Positions 12,009-20,404 of a stretch of 64,000 nucleotides of DNA are shown here, piece by piece. The position numbers were made by a program, and so were the translations under genes. This stretch comes from Spirochaetia bacterium (GTDB lineage: Bacteria > Spirochaetota > Spirochaetia > JAFGXN01). Under the pieces are notes generated by a model that was not told the DNA's origin, made no database searches, and saw only the letters and a program-made list of their open reading frames with translations. How positions within the stretch are numbered: the first letter of the stretch is position 1; each line of letters opens with the position of its first letter. The stretch is from NCBI GenBank assembly GCA_034120015.1, contig JAXEIF010000005.1, positions 7,467 to 71,466 of the forward strand. The letters run 5' to 3'.

Positions 12009-12713
12009 ATGATTTCCGAAAAAAAGGAATTTTTTTTCCGTGCGGTCGAACCGTTTCTGATTTATTTTGTGCTTTATTTTCCGACCATTCTGCAACAGCA
12101 AATCGGTGCGGGGAAAATCGATTTCGATAATCCCTATCTCTATCTGACCTATTATGCCGTCGCATTGCCTCAATTTCTGTTTCTCCTCTGGCTTATCCGC
12201 AGGCAGGAAGGAGTGACATTTTCCGACTTCGGCTTCCGCAAACCGGAAACTCCGCTCGATATTCTGATGCCGGTTGTCGTTTTGGCTTCTCTGTTTGCCG
12301 TTCAGATTGCTGCCGTTCTGCTGCCGAGGATGTTCGGTTGGGGTTATCCTTCTGCGCAGGAAACGATGCCGTTTTCGATTACAAACAGCATTATGCTTCT
12401 ACCGGCATTTCTGATGTTTCTTCTGACCGGGTATACGGAAGAGCTCTATTTTCGTTCGTATCTGCTGACATACCTGACACGGCATCGCATCCCGATGGCG
12501 GCCGCCCTGATGATTTCGGCCGTACTGTTTGCCTCGGGGCATCTGTACCAGGGGTGGACGGCAACCGCCTCCGTTTTTGTAATCGGACTGGTTTTGGGGC
12601 TATGGTTTTTTGCCCTGAAAAATATCCACCTGCTGGCCGTCAGTCATACGCTTTTTAATTTTTTTCAGCTGCTTTTTATTTATTTTACAAATACAGCCGT
12701 TTTCTCAAATTAA
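12009..12713 (+). CDS. CPBP (CAAX protease)-family intramembrane metalloprotease
   Basis: 234 aa and multi-TM, with the 'EELYFRSYL' (EExxxR) and 'FASGHLYQG' (FxxxH) motifs of the Abi/CPBP family. Confidence 0.7.
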   Translation: MISEKKEFFFRAVEPFLIYFVLYFPTILQQQIGAGKIDFDNPYLYLTYYAVALPQFLFLLWLIRRQEGVTFSDFGFRKPETPLDILMPVVVLASLFAVQIAAVLLPRMFGWGYPSAQETMPFSITNSIMLLPAFLMFLLTGYTEELYFRSYLLTYLTRHRIPMAAALMISAVLFASGHLYQGWTATASVFVIGLVLGLWFFALKNIHLLAVSHTLFNFFQLLFIYFTNTAVFSN

Positions 12714-12794
12714 ATGAAAAAAAAACTGTACTTTTATCTGCCGCATTGTATAATGTATACAGAGAATATCTTACACCAGAAACAGGAGTCGGCT

Positions 12795-13550
12795 ATGAAA
12801 AATCAGAAAGTGCTGGCATATTGCAATCTTTTCGGCGTTCTGCGTAATATCGAATATCTGGTCACCAACGACGAAGAATGCAAAAAAGCCGTTGAAGGAA
12901 AAAACCTGTCCGTTCAGTTCAAGGTCAAAAACGGACCGAGCGGGCAACTCACTTTTAAAAACGGACAGGCGGAAATGAAAGAGGGATTTCACCCTTCAAA
13001 TATTCTTCTTTTCTTTACCTCACCCGAACATTTCAACAAAATGATTGACGGGAAAGCCAATCCCATACCTCTGAAAGGACTGACAAAAATAGGCTTTCTG
13101 ACGGGACCGTTCAAAAAAATAGCGGATCGGCTGGCGTATTATCTGAAGCCGACGGAAAACCTGCTATCCGACACCGATTATTTTGCCAAAAGCACCGAAA
13201 TGACATTCTACACCGCGTTCTCGGCGCTGGCTCAAATCGGAAATCACGATCCGAAAGGAATTCTGAATGCGAAACATATCCCCGACGGCATCATTCAGGC
13301 TTCAATCGGCGATAAAACGGGTCTTTACATTACGGCCAAAAACGGGCGTCTTACGGCACACAAGGGTTTCGCCGAAAAATCGAATGCCCGGCTGGTTTTC
13401 AAAGACATTGAAGCGGCACAGGGAATTCTTTCCGGGAAAACCGACACCTATGTCGCTTTGGCGACGGGAGATCTTCTCATGAAAGGATTTATCCCGATGG
13501 TCGAGTATATGAACCCGATTCTGGAACTGGTCAGCGGATATTTGGCATAA
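12795..13550 (+). CDS. Hypothetical protein, paralog A of the 16733 ORF. The probable start is the ATG at 12795 with an AGGAG ribosome-binding site; the ORF track starts at 12714.
   Basis: Shares blocks with the 16733-17539 protein ('FTSPEHFNKMIDGKANPIPLKG' versus 'FKSPEHLCGFFKGKLFPLPKMKG', and similar C-termini). It is the first gene of a tight operon. Confidence 0.5.
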   Translation: MKNQKVLAYCNLFGVLRNIEYLVTNDEECKKAVEGKNLSVQFKVKNGPSGQLTFKNGQAEMKEGFHPSNILLFFTSPEHFNKMIDGKANPIPLKGLTKIGFLTGPFKKIADRLAYYLKPTENLLSDTDYFAKSTEMTFYTAFSALAQIGNHDPKGILNAKHIPDGIIQASIGDKTGLYITAKNGRLTAHKGFAEKSNARLVFKDIEAAQGILSGKTDTYVALATGDLLMKGFIPMVEYMNPILELVSGYLA

Positions 13551-13560
13551 GGAGAACGGC

Positions 13561-14823
13561 ATGAAAGAAACATATTCAAACAGCAAATCACTGGAACTTT
13601 TTAAAAGAGCAGTCCGCTATATTCCGACAGGAATCCCCGGTCATTTGGGACCGGTTCAGTCTCAGTTTATTCCCGCCAACGCCTATCCGTTTTATGTCGA
13701 CCGCGTTAAAGACTCCTACTTCTGGAGCATCGACGGCAACAAATATATCGACTATATGTGCGCCTACGGACCGAATATTTTGGGGTACAATAACGATATC
13801 GTCGACAAAGCTGCCAACGAACAGCTGAAGAAAGGAAACTGTATGGCCTTGCCGGCCAAAGCACAGGTTGATTTGGCCGAATTGCTGTGCAATACCATTG
13901 AAATTGCCGATTGGGCATTTTTTCTGAAAAACGGCGGAGACGCGACCGCTTTCGCAGTTCTGACCGCCAAAGCGGCGACAGGCCGCAATAAAATCGTACG
14001 TATTCAGGGCGGTTACCACGGCGTCGCACCGTGGACTCAGGCTGAAGGTGCCAACGGAATTACAAAAGCCGATTTACAGGATGTCATTATCATTCCCTGG
14101 AACGATGCCGAAGCCTTTGAAAAAACGGTAGCCGAGCATAAAGACTCGATCGCCTGCTTTATTGCCACACCGTACGACCACCGCATTTTTGCCGACAACG
14201 CATTACCGGTGCCCGGCTACTGGCAAAAGATCCGGGAAATCTGCACGAAAAACGGAATTGTCCTGATTGTCGATGATGTCCGCTGCGGTTTCCGTCTTCA
14301 CGTCGAAGGAAGCGCCAAATATTTCGGCTTCAAACCCGACCTGGCCTGCTACTGCAAAGCTCTCGCCAACGGATACAATATCTCGGCTGTTGTCGGAATC
14401 GACAGTCTGAAATCGGCGGCCGGATCGGTTTTTTTCACGGGCAGCTACTGGTCGAGCGCCGTTCCAATGGCAGCGGCAATCGCCTGTATTACCGAAATGA
14501 AAAAAATCGATATTGCCAATCTGCTGATCGAAAAAGGGAAAAAATTTGCTTCCGGAATGATTGATGCCGGTCATGCACACGGAATCGATATGAAATTCTC
14601 CGGTGTCGAATCGATGCCTTTTATGCGCATTACAAACGATCCGACAACGGAAATGATGCAGGATTTCTGTGCCGAATGCGTCAAACGCGGCGTATTTTTC
14701 GTCAGCCATCATAACCATTTTATGAACGCCTCGCTGACGGATGCCGACATCAAAAAAACCATCGAAATAGCGGACGAAGCTTTTGCGGTCGTAGCCAGGC
14801 TGCACCCCGATAAAGTCAACTGA
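13561..14823 (+). CDS. Class III (PLP-dependent) aminotransferase, glutamate-1-semialdehyde aminomutase-like
   Basis: 420 aa. The N-terminus 'YIPTGIPGH…' and the architecture are typical of GSA-aminomutase-like enzymes. '…YCKALANGYN…' probably contains the PLP lysine. Confidence 0.8.
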   Translation: MKETYSNSKSLELFKRAVRYIPTGIPGHLGPVQSQFIPANAYPFYVDRVKDSYFWSIDGNKYIDYMCAYGPNILGYNNDIVDKAANEQLKKGNCMALPAKAQVDLAELLCNTIEIADWAFFLKNGGDATAFAVLTAKAATGRNKIVRIQGGYHGVAPWTQAEGANGITKADLQDVIIIPWNDAEAFEKTVAEHKDSIACFIATPYDHRIFADNALPVPGYWQKIREICTKNGIVLIVDDVRCGFRLHVEGSAKYFGFKPDLACYCKALANGYNISAVVGIDSLKSAAGSVFFTGSYWSSAVPMAAAIACITEMKKIDIANLLIEKGKKFASGMIDAGHAHGIDMKFSGVESMPFMRITNDPTTEMMQDFCAECVKRGVFFVSHHNHFMNASLTDADIKKTIEIADEAFAVVARLHPDKVN

Positions 14824-14853
14824 TAACTAAAGATATATTCCAAGGAGAAAAAA

Positions 14854-15705
14854 ATGGGACTGACTAAAGAAGAATACCTTGCTCTCGAAAACAAAGCAAG
14901 GGAATTACGTAAACTGACAATCGATACGGTGATGTGGGCAAACGGAGGACACATCGGAGGAGCACTGAGCTCGGTCGATATTCTGACCATTTTGTATTAC
15001 AAGTACATGAATATCGATGTGAAAAATCCCCGTTGGGAAGATCGCGACCGATTCATCCTCAGCAAAGGACACATCGGCGTCGGGTTCGCCCCCGTTCTGG
15101 CCGACAAAGGATTTTTTGATAAGGAACTTCTGAAAACCTATAACCATACATTCAGTAAACTGGGTATGCATCTGGACAGAAACAAGGTTGTCGGATTGGA
15201 TGCCTCAACAGGATCGCTCGGACACGGTCTTTCCATCGCTCTCGGTATGGCTCTCGGCGGACGGCTGCAGAACAAAAACTTTAAAACGTACTGCCTTCTG
15301 GGCGACGGAGAGTGCGACGAAGGATCCGTTTGGGAAGCCGCTATGGCTGTGACCCATTACAAAGCGACCAATGTCATTACCATTATTGACCGCAACAAAT
15401 GTATGATTGACGGACGCACCGAAGATGTCATGAATCTGGAACCGTTTGCGGATAAATGGACCGCTTTCGGATTCGACGTTAAAATTGTTGACGGTCACGA
15501 TATGTATGCTCTTGCCGACGCAATCGAGTACGCTCTCAACGCAAAAGACAAACCGGTGGCCATTATTGCCGACACACTGAAAGGCTGCGGTGTTGCCGAT
15601 ATTCAGGATAACTATCAGTATCATTACGCCAGTGTCAATGCCGAGACAGGCGAGCGGTACAAAAAGCAGATTGACGAATATCACGACAGCCGATTGAAAA
15701 ACTAG
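14854..15705 (+). CDS. Transketolase, N-terminal (TPP-binding) subunit of a split enzyme
   Basis: 283 aa with 'GGHIGGALSSVDILTILYY', 'GSLGHGLSIALGMA' and 'LGDGECDEGSVWEA', which are TPP-binding motifs of split transketolases. Confidence 0.9.
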   Translation: MGLTKEEYLALENKARELRKLTIDTVMWANGGHIGGALSSVDILTILYYKYMNIDVKNPRWEDRDRFILSKGHIGVGFAPVLADKGFFDKELLKTYNHTFSKLGMHLDRNKVVGLDASTGSLGHGLSIALGMALGGRLQNKNFKTYCLLGDGECDEGSVWEAAMAVTHYKATNVITIIDRNKCMIDGRTEDVMNLEPFADKWTAFGFDVKIVDGHDMYALADAIEYALNAKDKPVAIIADTLKGCGVADIQDNYQYHYASVNAETGERYKKQIDEYHDSRLKN

Positions 15706-15715
15706 GAGGAAACGG

Positions 15716-16723
15716 ATGGCTAACTTAAACTATACAATGCTTGACGCGGAAAAAATGTCCACCGCGGAATATTACGGAAAGGTTCTTTGCGATTTGGCAG
15801 CAAAGGACAAACGGGTTGTCGGTCTGTCCGCCGACCTTGCCAAATCGACAAAAATAGGAGCTTTGGCAAAAGATTTTCCCGAACGGATTTTTAACCTCGG
15901 TATTGCCGAGCAGAATATGATCGGCGTTGCCGCAGGTATGGCCGAAACAGGATTGATTCCTTTCGCCTCGACATTTGCGATTTTTGCCTCAATGAGAGCA
16001 CTGGACCAGTTTCACACCGATGTCTGCTATCAGAATATGAATGTAAAAGTGATTGCAACCCATGCGGGTCTCTCGTTCGGACAGGCAGGAAGCACTCATC
16101 ACTGTACGGAAGATATCGGAATTATGAGAACGATGGCCAACTGCCGCGTTATCGTTCCGGCCGACGGGATGGAAACGGTCAATGCGGTCATCGCCGCCTA
16201 CGAAAACGACGGTCCGTTTTACATCCGCATCAACCGCGGTTACGATATGCCGGTTTTTAAAAGTACCGATTACGGATTTCAGTTGGGCAAGGCGGTACAA
16301 ATGGCGGAAGGAACCGATTTGACCATCATTGCCTGCGGAGCCTGTGTCGCGCGTGCGATCGCTGCCGCCAAAGAGCTGGAAGCCGACGGCATCCGCGCCC
16401 GTGTTCTGAACATGCACACCATTAAACCGATTGACAAAGCAGCAATCGAAAAAGCGGTTATCGACACAAAACGAATCATTACCGTTGAAGACCATAATAT
16501 TATCGGAGGACTGGGAAGCGCCGTTGCCGAAACCGTTACCGAACTGGGCAAAGCCTGCGTCATGAGAAAACTGGGGGTTCCCGATACCTACTCCATTATC
16601 GGACTCCATGAAGATTTGATGTCCGAATACGGATACGACTCGAACGGTATTGTCAAAACCGCTCATGAAATCATGGGTGTTCGGATTGAAGAAGACGACG
16701 ACTGGGATGACGACGATTTCTAG
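15716..16723 (+). CDS. Transketolase, C-terminal (pyrimidine-binding) subunit of a split enzyme
   Basis: 335 aa with '…FNLGIAEQNMIGVAAGMA…' and 'THAGLSFGQAGSTHH…'; it ends in an acidic tail DDDWDDDDF. Confidence 0.9.
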   Translation: MANLNYTMLDAEKMSTAEYYGKVLCDLAAKDKRVVGLSADLAKSTKIGALAKDFPERIFNLGIAEQNMIGVAAGMAETGLIPFASTFAIFASMRALDQFHTDVCYQNMNVKVIATHAGLSFGQAGSTHHCTEDIGIMRTMANCRVIVPADGMETVNAVIAAYENDGPFYIRINRGYDMPVFKSTDYGFQLGKAVQMAEGTDLTIIACGACVARAIAAAKELEADGIRARVLNMHTIKPIDKAAIEKAVIDTKRIITVEDHNIIGGLGSAVAETVTELGKACVMRKLGVPDTYSIIGLHEDLMSEYGYDSNGIVKTAHEIMGVRIEEDDDWDDDDF

Positions 16724-16732
16724 GAGGACGGA

Positions 16733-17539
16733 ATGGCTGCTGCAATTACAAAAGAACAGGAAACCCTTTTCTCGACCAATCTTTTTCTTTATGCGGTCTG
16801 CCCTCTTCTGAAAACCATTTTGGAAGACCGTCCGGCACTGCAGAAAGGCTGGCAGTCCAAAAAGGCGATTGCCCAAATCAGCTGTAAAACGGCGGAAGGG
16901 AAAATGGCCATCCACTATATTTTTGAAAACGCGGACTGCACTCCGAAAAAGGGCGTTTCGGAAGAATCTCCGGACATCGAACTGGAATTCAAATCTCCCG
17001 AACATCTTTGCGGATTTTTCAAGGGAAAACTCTTTCCTCTTCCCAAAATGAAAGGGGCAATAAAACGATTTCCCGTTTTTCTCAATTTTATGAAACTGCT
17101 TTTAACCATGTCCGGACTCCTCGGTGCAAAAACGGCTCCGAAAAAAGACTGCGACCAAAAACTGCTGGTTAAATGTATGTTTTATCTGCTGTCCCGCGGC
17201 ATCAGCATTCTGAACAAACTGGGGCATCCCGATGTTTCAGCATGGGCGGCTGTCAGCCCCGACCGAATTTACGCATGGGCCGTTGAAGGCGAACCGGAAC
17301 TGGCAGCTTACCTCCGCGTCAAAAAGGGAAAAACAAAAGCCAGGAGAGGCGAATATACAAAAAGTATGCCTTTTTTTACAATGAAATTCGACTCGCCGAA
17401 AAGCGCACTGGGAATTCTGCAGGAAACAGATGATATGATAGAAGCAACCATACAGCAGAGACTGATTATGGTCGGCGGTCCCGAATTCGGAGCCCAGCTG
17501 GGTGACTTTATGCTTCTCGTCGGCAGCATGGTAAAATAG
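16733..17539 (+). CDS. Hypothetical protein, paralog B of the 12795 ORF
   Basis: 268 aa, sharing sequence blocks with ORF 12795-13550. It lies between the split transketolase and a VOC gene, with an 8-10 nt gap on each side. Confidence 0.5.
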   Translation: MAAAITKEQETLFSTNLFLYAVCPLLKTILEDRPALQKGWQSKKAIAQISCKTAEGKMAIHYIFENADCTPKKGVSEESPDIELEFKSPEHLCGFFKGKLFPLPKMKGAIKRFPVFLNFMKLLLTMSGLLGAKTAPKKDCDQKLLVKCMFYLLSRGISILNKLGHPDVSAWAAVSPDRIYAWAVEGEPELAAYLRVKKGKTKARRGEYTKSMPFFTMKFDSPKSALGILQETDDMIEATIQQRLIMVGGPEFGAQLGDFMLLVGSMVK

Positions 17540-17547
17540 GAGGTTCC

Positions 17548-18066
17548 GTGAAAGTCAGAGGTTTCAATCATGTCGGTATTACCGTTAAAAATTTTGAAAA
17601 AGCCGTAAAATGGTATCACGAAGTTTTCGGTCTTTCTCTTATCTCCAAAGGCGGTTTGAATGCCGAAAGAATGAGCGCAATGAAAAAATTATATAACCTG
17701 CCGGACGGGGTGAGCGTCCGGTTCGGTTTTCTGATTGCGCCCGGAGGAGGTCTTGTTGAAATTTTCGAATTTTCGGAAACAGCACCGTTCGAACACTGCT
17801 GGAATCGTCCCGGAACACACCACTTTACACTCGACGTCAAAAATATTAAAAAGTGGTACAGAAAGCTGAGCGGACGGACCGATGTCGAAATTCTCAACGA
17901 GCCCCAACGCGATGACGGAGCCGATTGGTTTTTCTTTCGCGATCCCGACGGTAATCTCATCGAATTGATGGATTTACGCGCCAATTATTTTCCGATCAAA
18001 TACCTGAGCCGGCTGATAGGATTCTTTATGCGAAAAGGAAAATTTAAAAATGTCTACCGTTATTAA
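17548..18066 (+). CDS. VOC-family (glyoxalase/bleomycin-resistance/dioxygenase) protein
   Basis: 172 aa with the VOC N-terminus 'MKVRGFNHVGITVKNFEKAVKWYHEVFGL'. Confidence 0.75.
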   Translation: MKVRGFNHVGITVKNFEKAVKWYHEVFGLSLISKGGLNAERMSAMKKLYNLPDGVSVRFGFLIAPGGGLVEIFEFSETAPFEHCWNRPGTHHFTLDVKNIKKWYRKLSGRTDVEILNEPQRDDGADWFFFRDPDGNLIELMDLRANYFPIKYLSRLIGFFMRKGKFKNVYRY

Positions 18067-18089
18067 ATTATAATTTATAATTAAAATCA

Positions 18090-18100
18090 CCCCCCCCCCC
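18090..18100. repeat. Homopolymeric poly-C tract (11 nt) in the promoter region, 42 nt upstream of the GH16-like lipoprotein gene
   Basis: The sequence reads '…ttaaaatcaCCCCCCCCCCCgaattccaaaTATAATataataaatatttaaaGGAGtttggtATG'. The tract lies between an AT-rich upstream element and a TATAAT-like -10 hexamer. Confidence 0.9.
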
Positions 18101-18142
18101 GAATTCCAAATATAATATAATAAATATTTAAAGGAGTTTGGT

Positions 18143-20404
18143 ATGAAAAAATTTCTAACAGGGGGGATTATTTTTTTTCTCCTCTTCACAGGATGTCCGC
18201 AGCCGGAAACGGATTCGGATATTTTTACCGGCATTAAAGTTGCCGATTTTTTTGTTTTTGCGGAAGGAGATACTTCCGGTTCGGTAACAAAACCGTTCAC
18301 TTTTCAAACGGAAAAAAACGGAATGAAAATGACTGTTAAAGTTCCTTCATCAATGACCGTTACAGGAAATACAATTTCCGTCAACTGGTACAACGTCTAC
18401 TCTCCGACACAAGAAGCTGTTCTGACAGCAACACTCACAAAAGACGGTCAAAGCAAAGCCTTTCCTTTTACGGTCGTCTTAAAACGGACTCTCGGCTCGA
18501 TGCCCGTTTCCGAACTGATTCTCTTTGATGAAAAACTGGATACTATCGATGCCGTTACAAGCAGTTTTACACTCTCGCAGACAACCGGCAAGTACGGAGA
18601 AACAGTGTCATGGAATTTCACCACGGAATCGCCAGATCTTGTTTACGACGAATCGACAGGTCGGGTCTCGGTTACCCTGACAAACGATCGTCAAAGCGCA
18701 ACTGCCGAAGCTGTTTTTACAAAAGAAGGCTTTGAGTCTGTCACAAAGACTTTTGATCTGATCATTTTGACATCAAGCGAAGGCTATTCATGGACACCCG
18801 ATTCCTTAACCGACTATATTACCCTCGGTAACAGCGGAAAAGATTACCTGTGGCGTATTCGCGATAACTTTACCCTAAAAACATCATTCGATGCCGAATC
18901 CGGTCACGGCGCGGGAACCGTTACATGGACATCTTCCGATGACGCCGCCATTTCCGTTAACGGCAGTACGGCAACCGTTACCCGCGGTTTGGACAGCCAA
19001 AAGGTAACTCTGACAGCAACATTTCAGGAAACAGATTCCGAGAAAAAATCAAAAGATCTTACAATTGATGTTCTTGTCATGGAAACAATTCCGGCAACTC
19101 TGACCGTTGACGGAAAAACCTATAAACTGGTCTATTTTGACGCTTTCGACAATCAAGCCATTCTGGAAGCCAACTGGGATATAGGCAATCCGGGACACAA
19201 TGCGCCGGAAATCGGCAACAACAATCTCGACCCGACCTACTTCAAAGCTCCTGACGGACAGTTCCACGGATACGCCGATGAATGGCAAAAACAACCGACA
19301 TGGTCACCGAAAGCCACTTACATCGAAGACGGAAAAGCACGTCTGCTGGCTAAATACGACACGGAAGCCCAAATCGGCGTTGCCGGAGCACTTCACTCCA
19401 AACGGCTTTTCCCTCACGGCGTTTTTCACGCCAGATGGACTCAGAAACGTGACAGCGATTCCCACTGGGACGCTTACTGGCTCGACACCAATCAGCCCTT
19501 CTCCAAAGCCTACGGCGAAAAACTCCTCAATCTCCCGAAAGCCCTTCGCAAACAGGTGGCAGAGTCATCCCGCGGTGAGGGGTTCTTCGATAACAAAGCT
19601 TCAAACATTCAGCACGGAAATACTGCTGTATCGAATCCGATTCTCTATCAGTCTCAATACACTCTAAAAACAGACAGCTCTATACCCGACTGGGGATTTA
19701 CCGCTGCAAAACGGGTAGACAAAATCGGACGATGGTACAACGGCGAGCAGCGCTACGAACTGGACGCTTACGAGTGGGTCAACGGTACCGGACAGAATAA
19801 CGTGATCCACACCTGGCACTGGATGAGAGGTTTCCCGGGAAACCAAACAGGTTCTCTGAGTGGCGTAGACAAAAAGTGGTATGTCGGAGACGTTGCACGC
19901 AACCAGGGGAAAGTAGGCGGATACTCCACTACCTATTCGGCAGCCGTCAATAAAACACCCTCTTTTACTCTCACAGCGCTGTACAATGACAGCAAAATTG
20001 CTTTTTACTATAACGCTCACGGTGAAAATAATTTTTCTTCTCCCAAATATTCCCGCTCCAAACAGACCGGAGATATGTTTGACCCCAACATAACGGAAGA
20101 AGATAATAGACAACCGTGGCCGAACGACGAGTTTAATCCCGTTCAGGTGAAATTTACGGTTGAACCGGGGCAGTGGGACGATAATTTTTATCAAATTACA
20201 ACAGCTTTCCGAAATAACCCTGAAAATTACGATGCTATGGATATCGAATACTTCGCCTACTACGCAGCGGAAGACGATATGCTCAATCCGAACATCGGAG
20301 ACGAAAACAGCGGTGTTCCTTTAACGGCGATTACCGATATGGATAATGTCACAGAATTCGCTGAAACACAAGCCAAACTGACAAAGGAATGGGTACAGAA
20401 ATGA
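18143..20404 (+). CDS. Surface lipoprotein with three N-terminal Ig-like repeats and a C-terminal GH16-like (concanavalin-fold glycoside hydrolase) domain
   Basis: Lipoprotein signal 'FLLFTGC'. Three repeats of about 90 aa are each predicted by the sequence to bind nothing recognisable but share an ending pattern (…FPFTVVL / …FDLIIL / …TIDVLV). The C-terminal domain has 'WDIGNPG', 'HSKRLFPHGVF', 'HWDAYWLDTNQPFSKAYGEK' (compare GH16 'WPAFWML') and 'YELDAYEW' (ExDxxE catalytic motif). Confidence 0.65.
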   Translation: MKKFLTGGIIFFLLFTGCPQPETDSDIFTGIKVADFFVFAEGDTSGSVTKPFTFQTEKNGMKMTVKVPSSMTVTGNTISVNWYNVYSPTQEAVLTATLTKDGQSKAFPFTVVLKRTLGSMPVSELILFDEKLDTIDAVTSSFTLSQTTGKYGETVSWNFTTESPDLVYDESTGRVSVTLTNDRQSATAEAVFTKEGFESVTKTFDLIILTSSEGYSWTPDSLTDYITLGNSGKDYLWRIRDNFTLKTSFDAESGHGAGTVTWTSSDDAAISVNGSTATVTRGLDSQKVTLTATFQETDSEKKSKDLTIDVLVMETIPATLTVDGKTYKLVYFDAFDNQAILEANWDIGNPGHNAPEIGNNNLDPTYFKAPDGQFHGYADEWQKQPTWSPKATYIEDGKARLLAKYDTEAQIGVAGALHSKRLFPHGVFHARWTQKRDSDSHWDAYWLDTNQPFSKAYGEKLLNLPKALRKQVAESSRGEGFFDNKASNIQHGNTAVSNPILYQSQYTLKTDSSIPDWGFTAAKRVDKIGRWYNGEQRYELDAYEWVNGTGQNNVIHTWHWMRGFPGNQTGSLSGVDKKWYVGDVARNQGKVGGYSTTYSAAVNKTPSFTLTALYNDSKIAFYYNAHGENNFSSPKYSRSKQTGDMFDPNITEEDNRQPWPNDEFNPVQVKFTVEPGQWDDNFYQITTAFRNNPENYDAMDIEYFAYYAAEDDMLNPNIGDENSGVPLTAITDMDNVTEFAETQAKLTKEWVQK

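Noticed and set aside
12714-12794. ORF-track start of the 278-aa protein at 12714 (MKKKLYF…), within an A9 run
   Set aside because: The downstream ATG at 12795 has a proper AGGAG ribosome-binding site. The upstream extension begins right at the stop of the preceding gene in an A-rich stretch and is probably not translated.
15989-17005. 338-aa minus-strand ORF antisense to the transketolase C-terminal subunit
   Set aside because: It overlaps a strongly supported transketolase CDS on the opposite strand, and the product has no motifs and odd composition.
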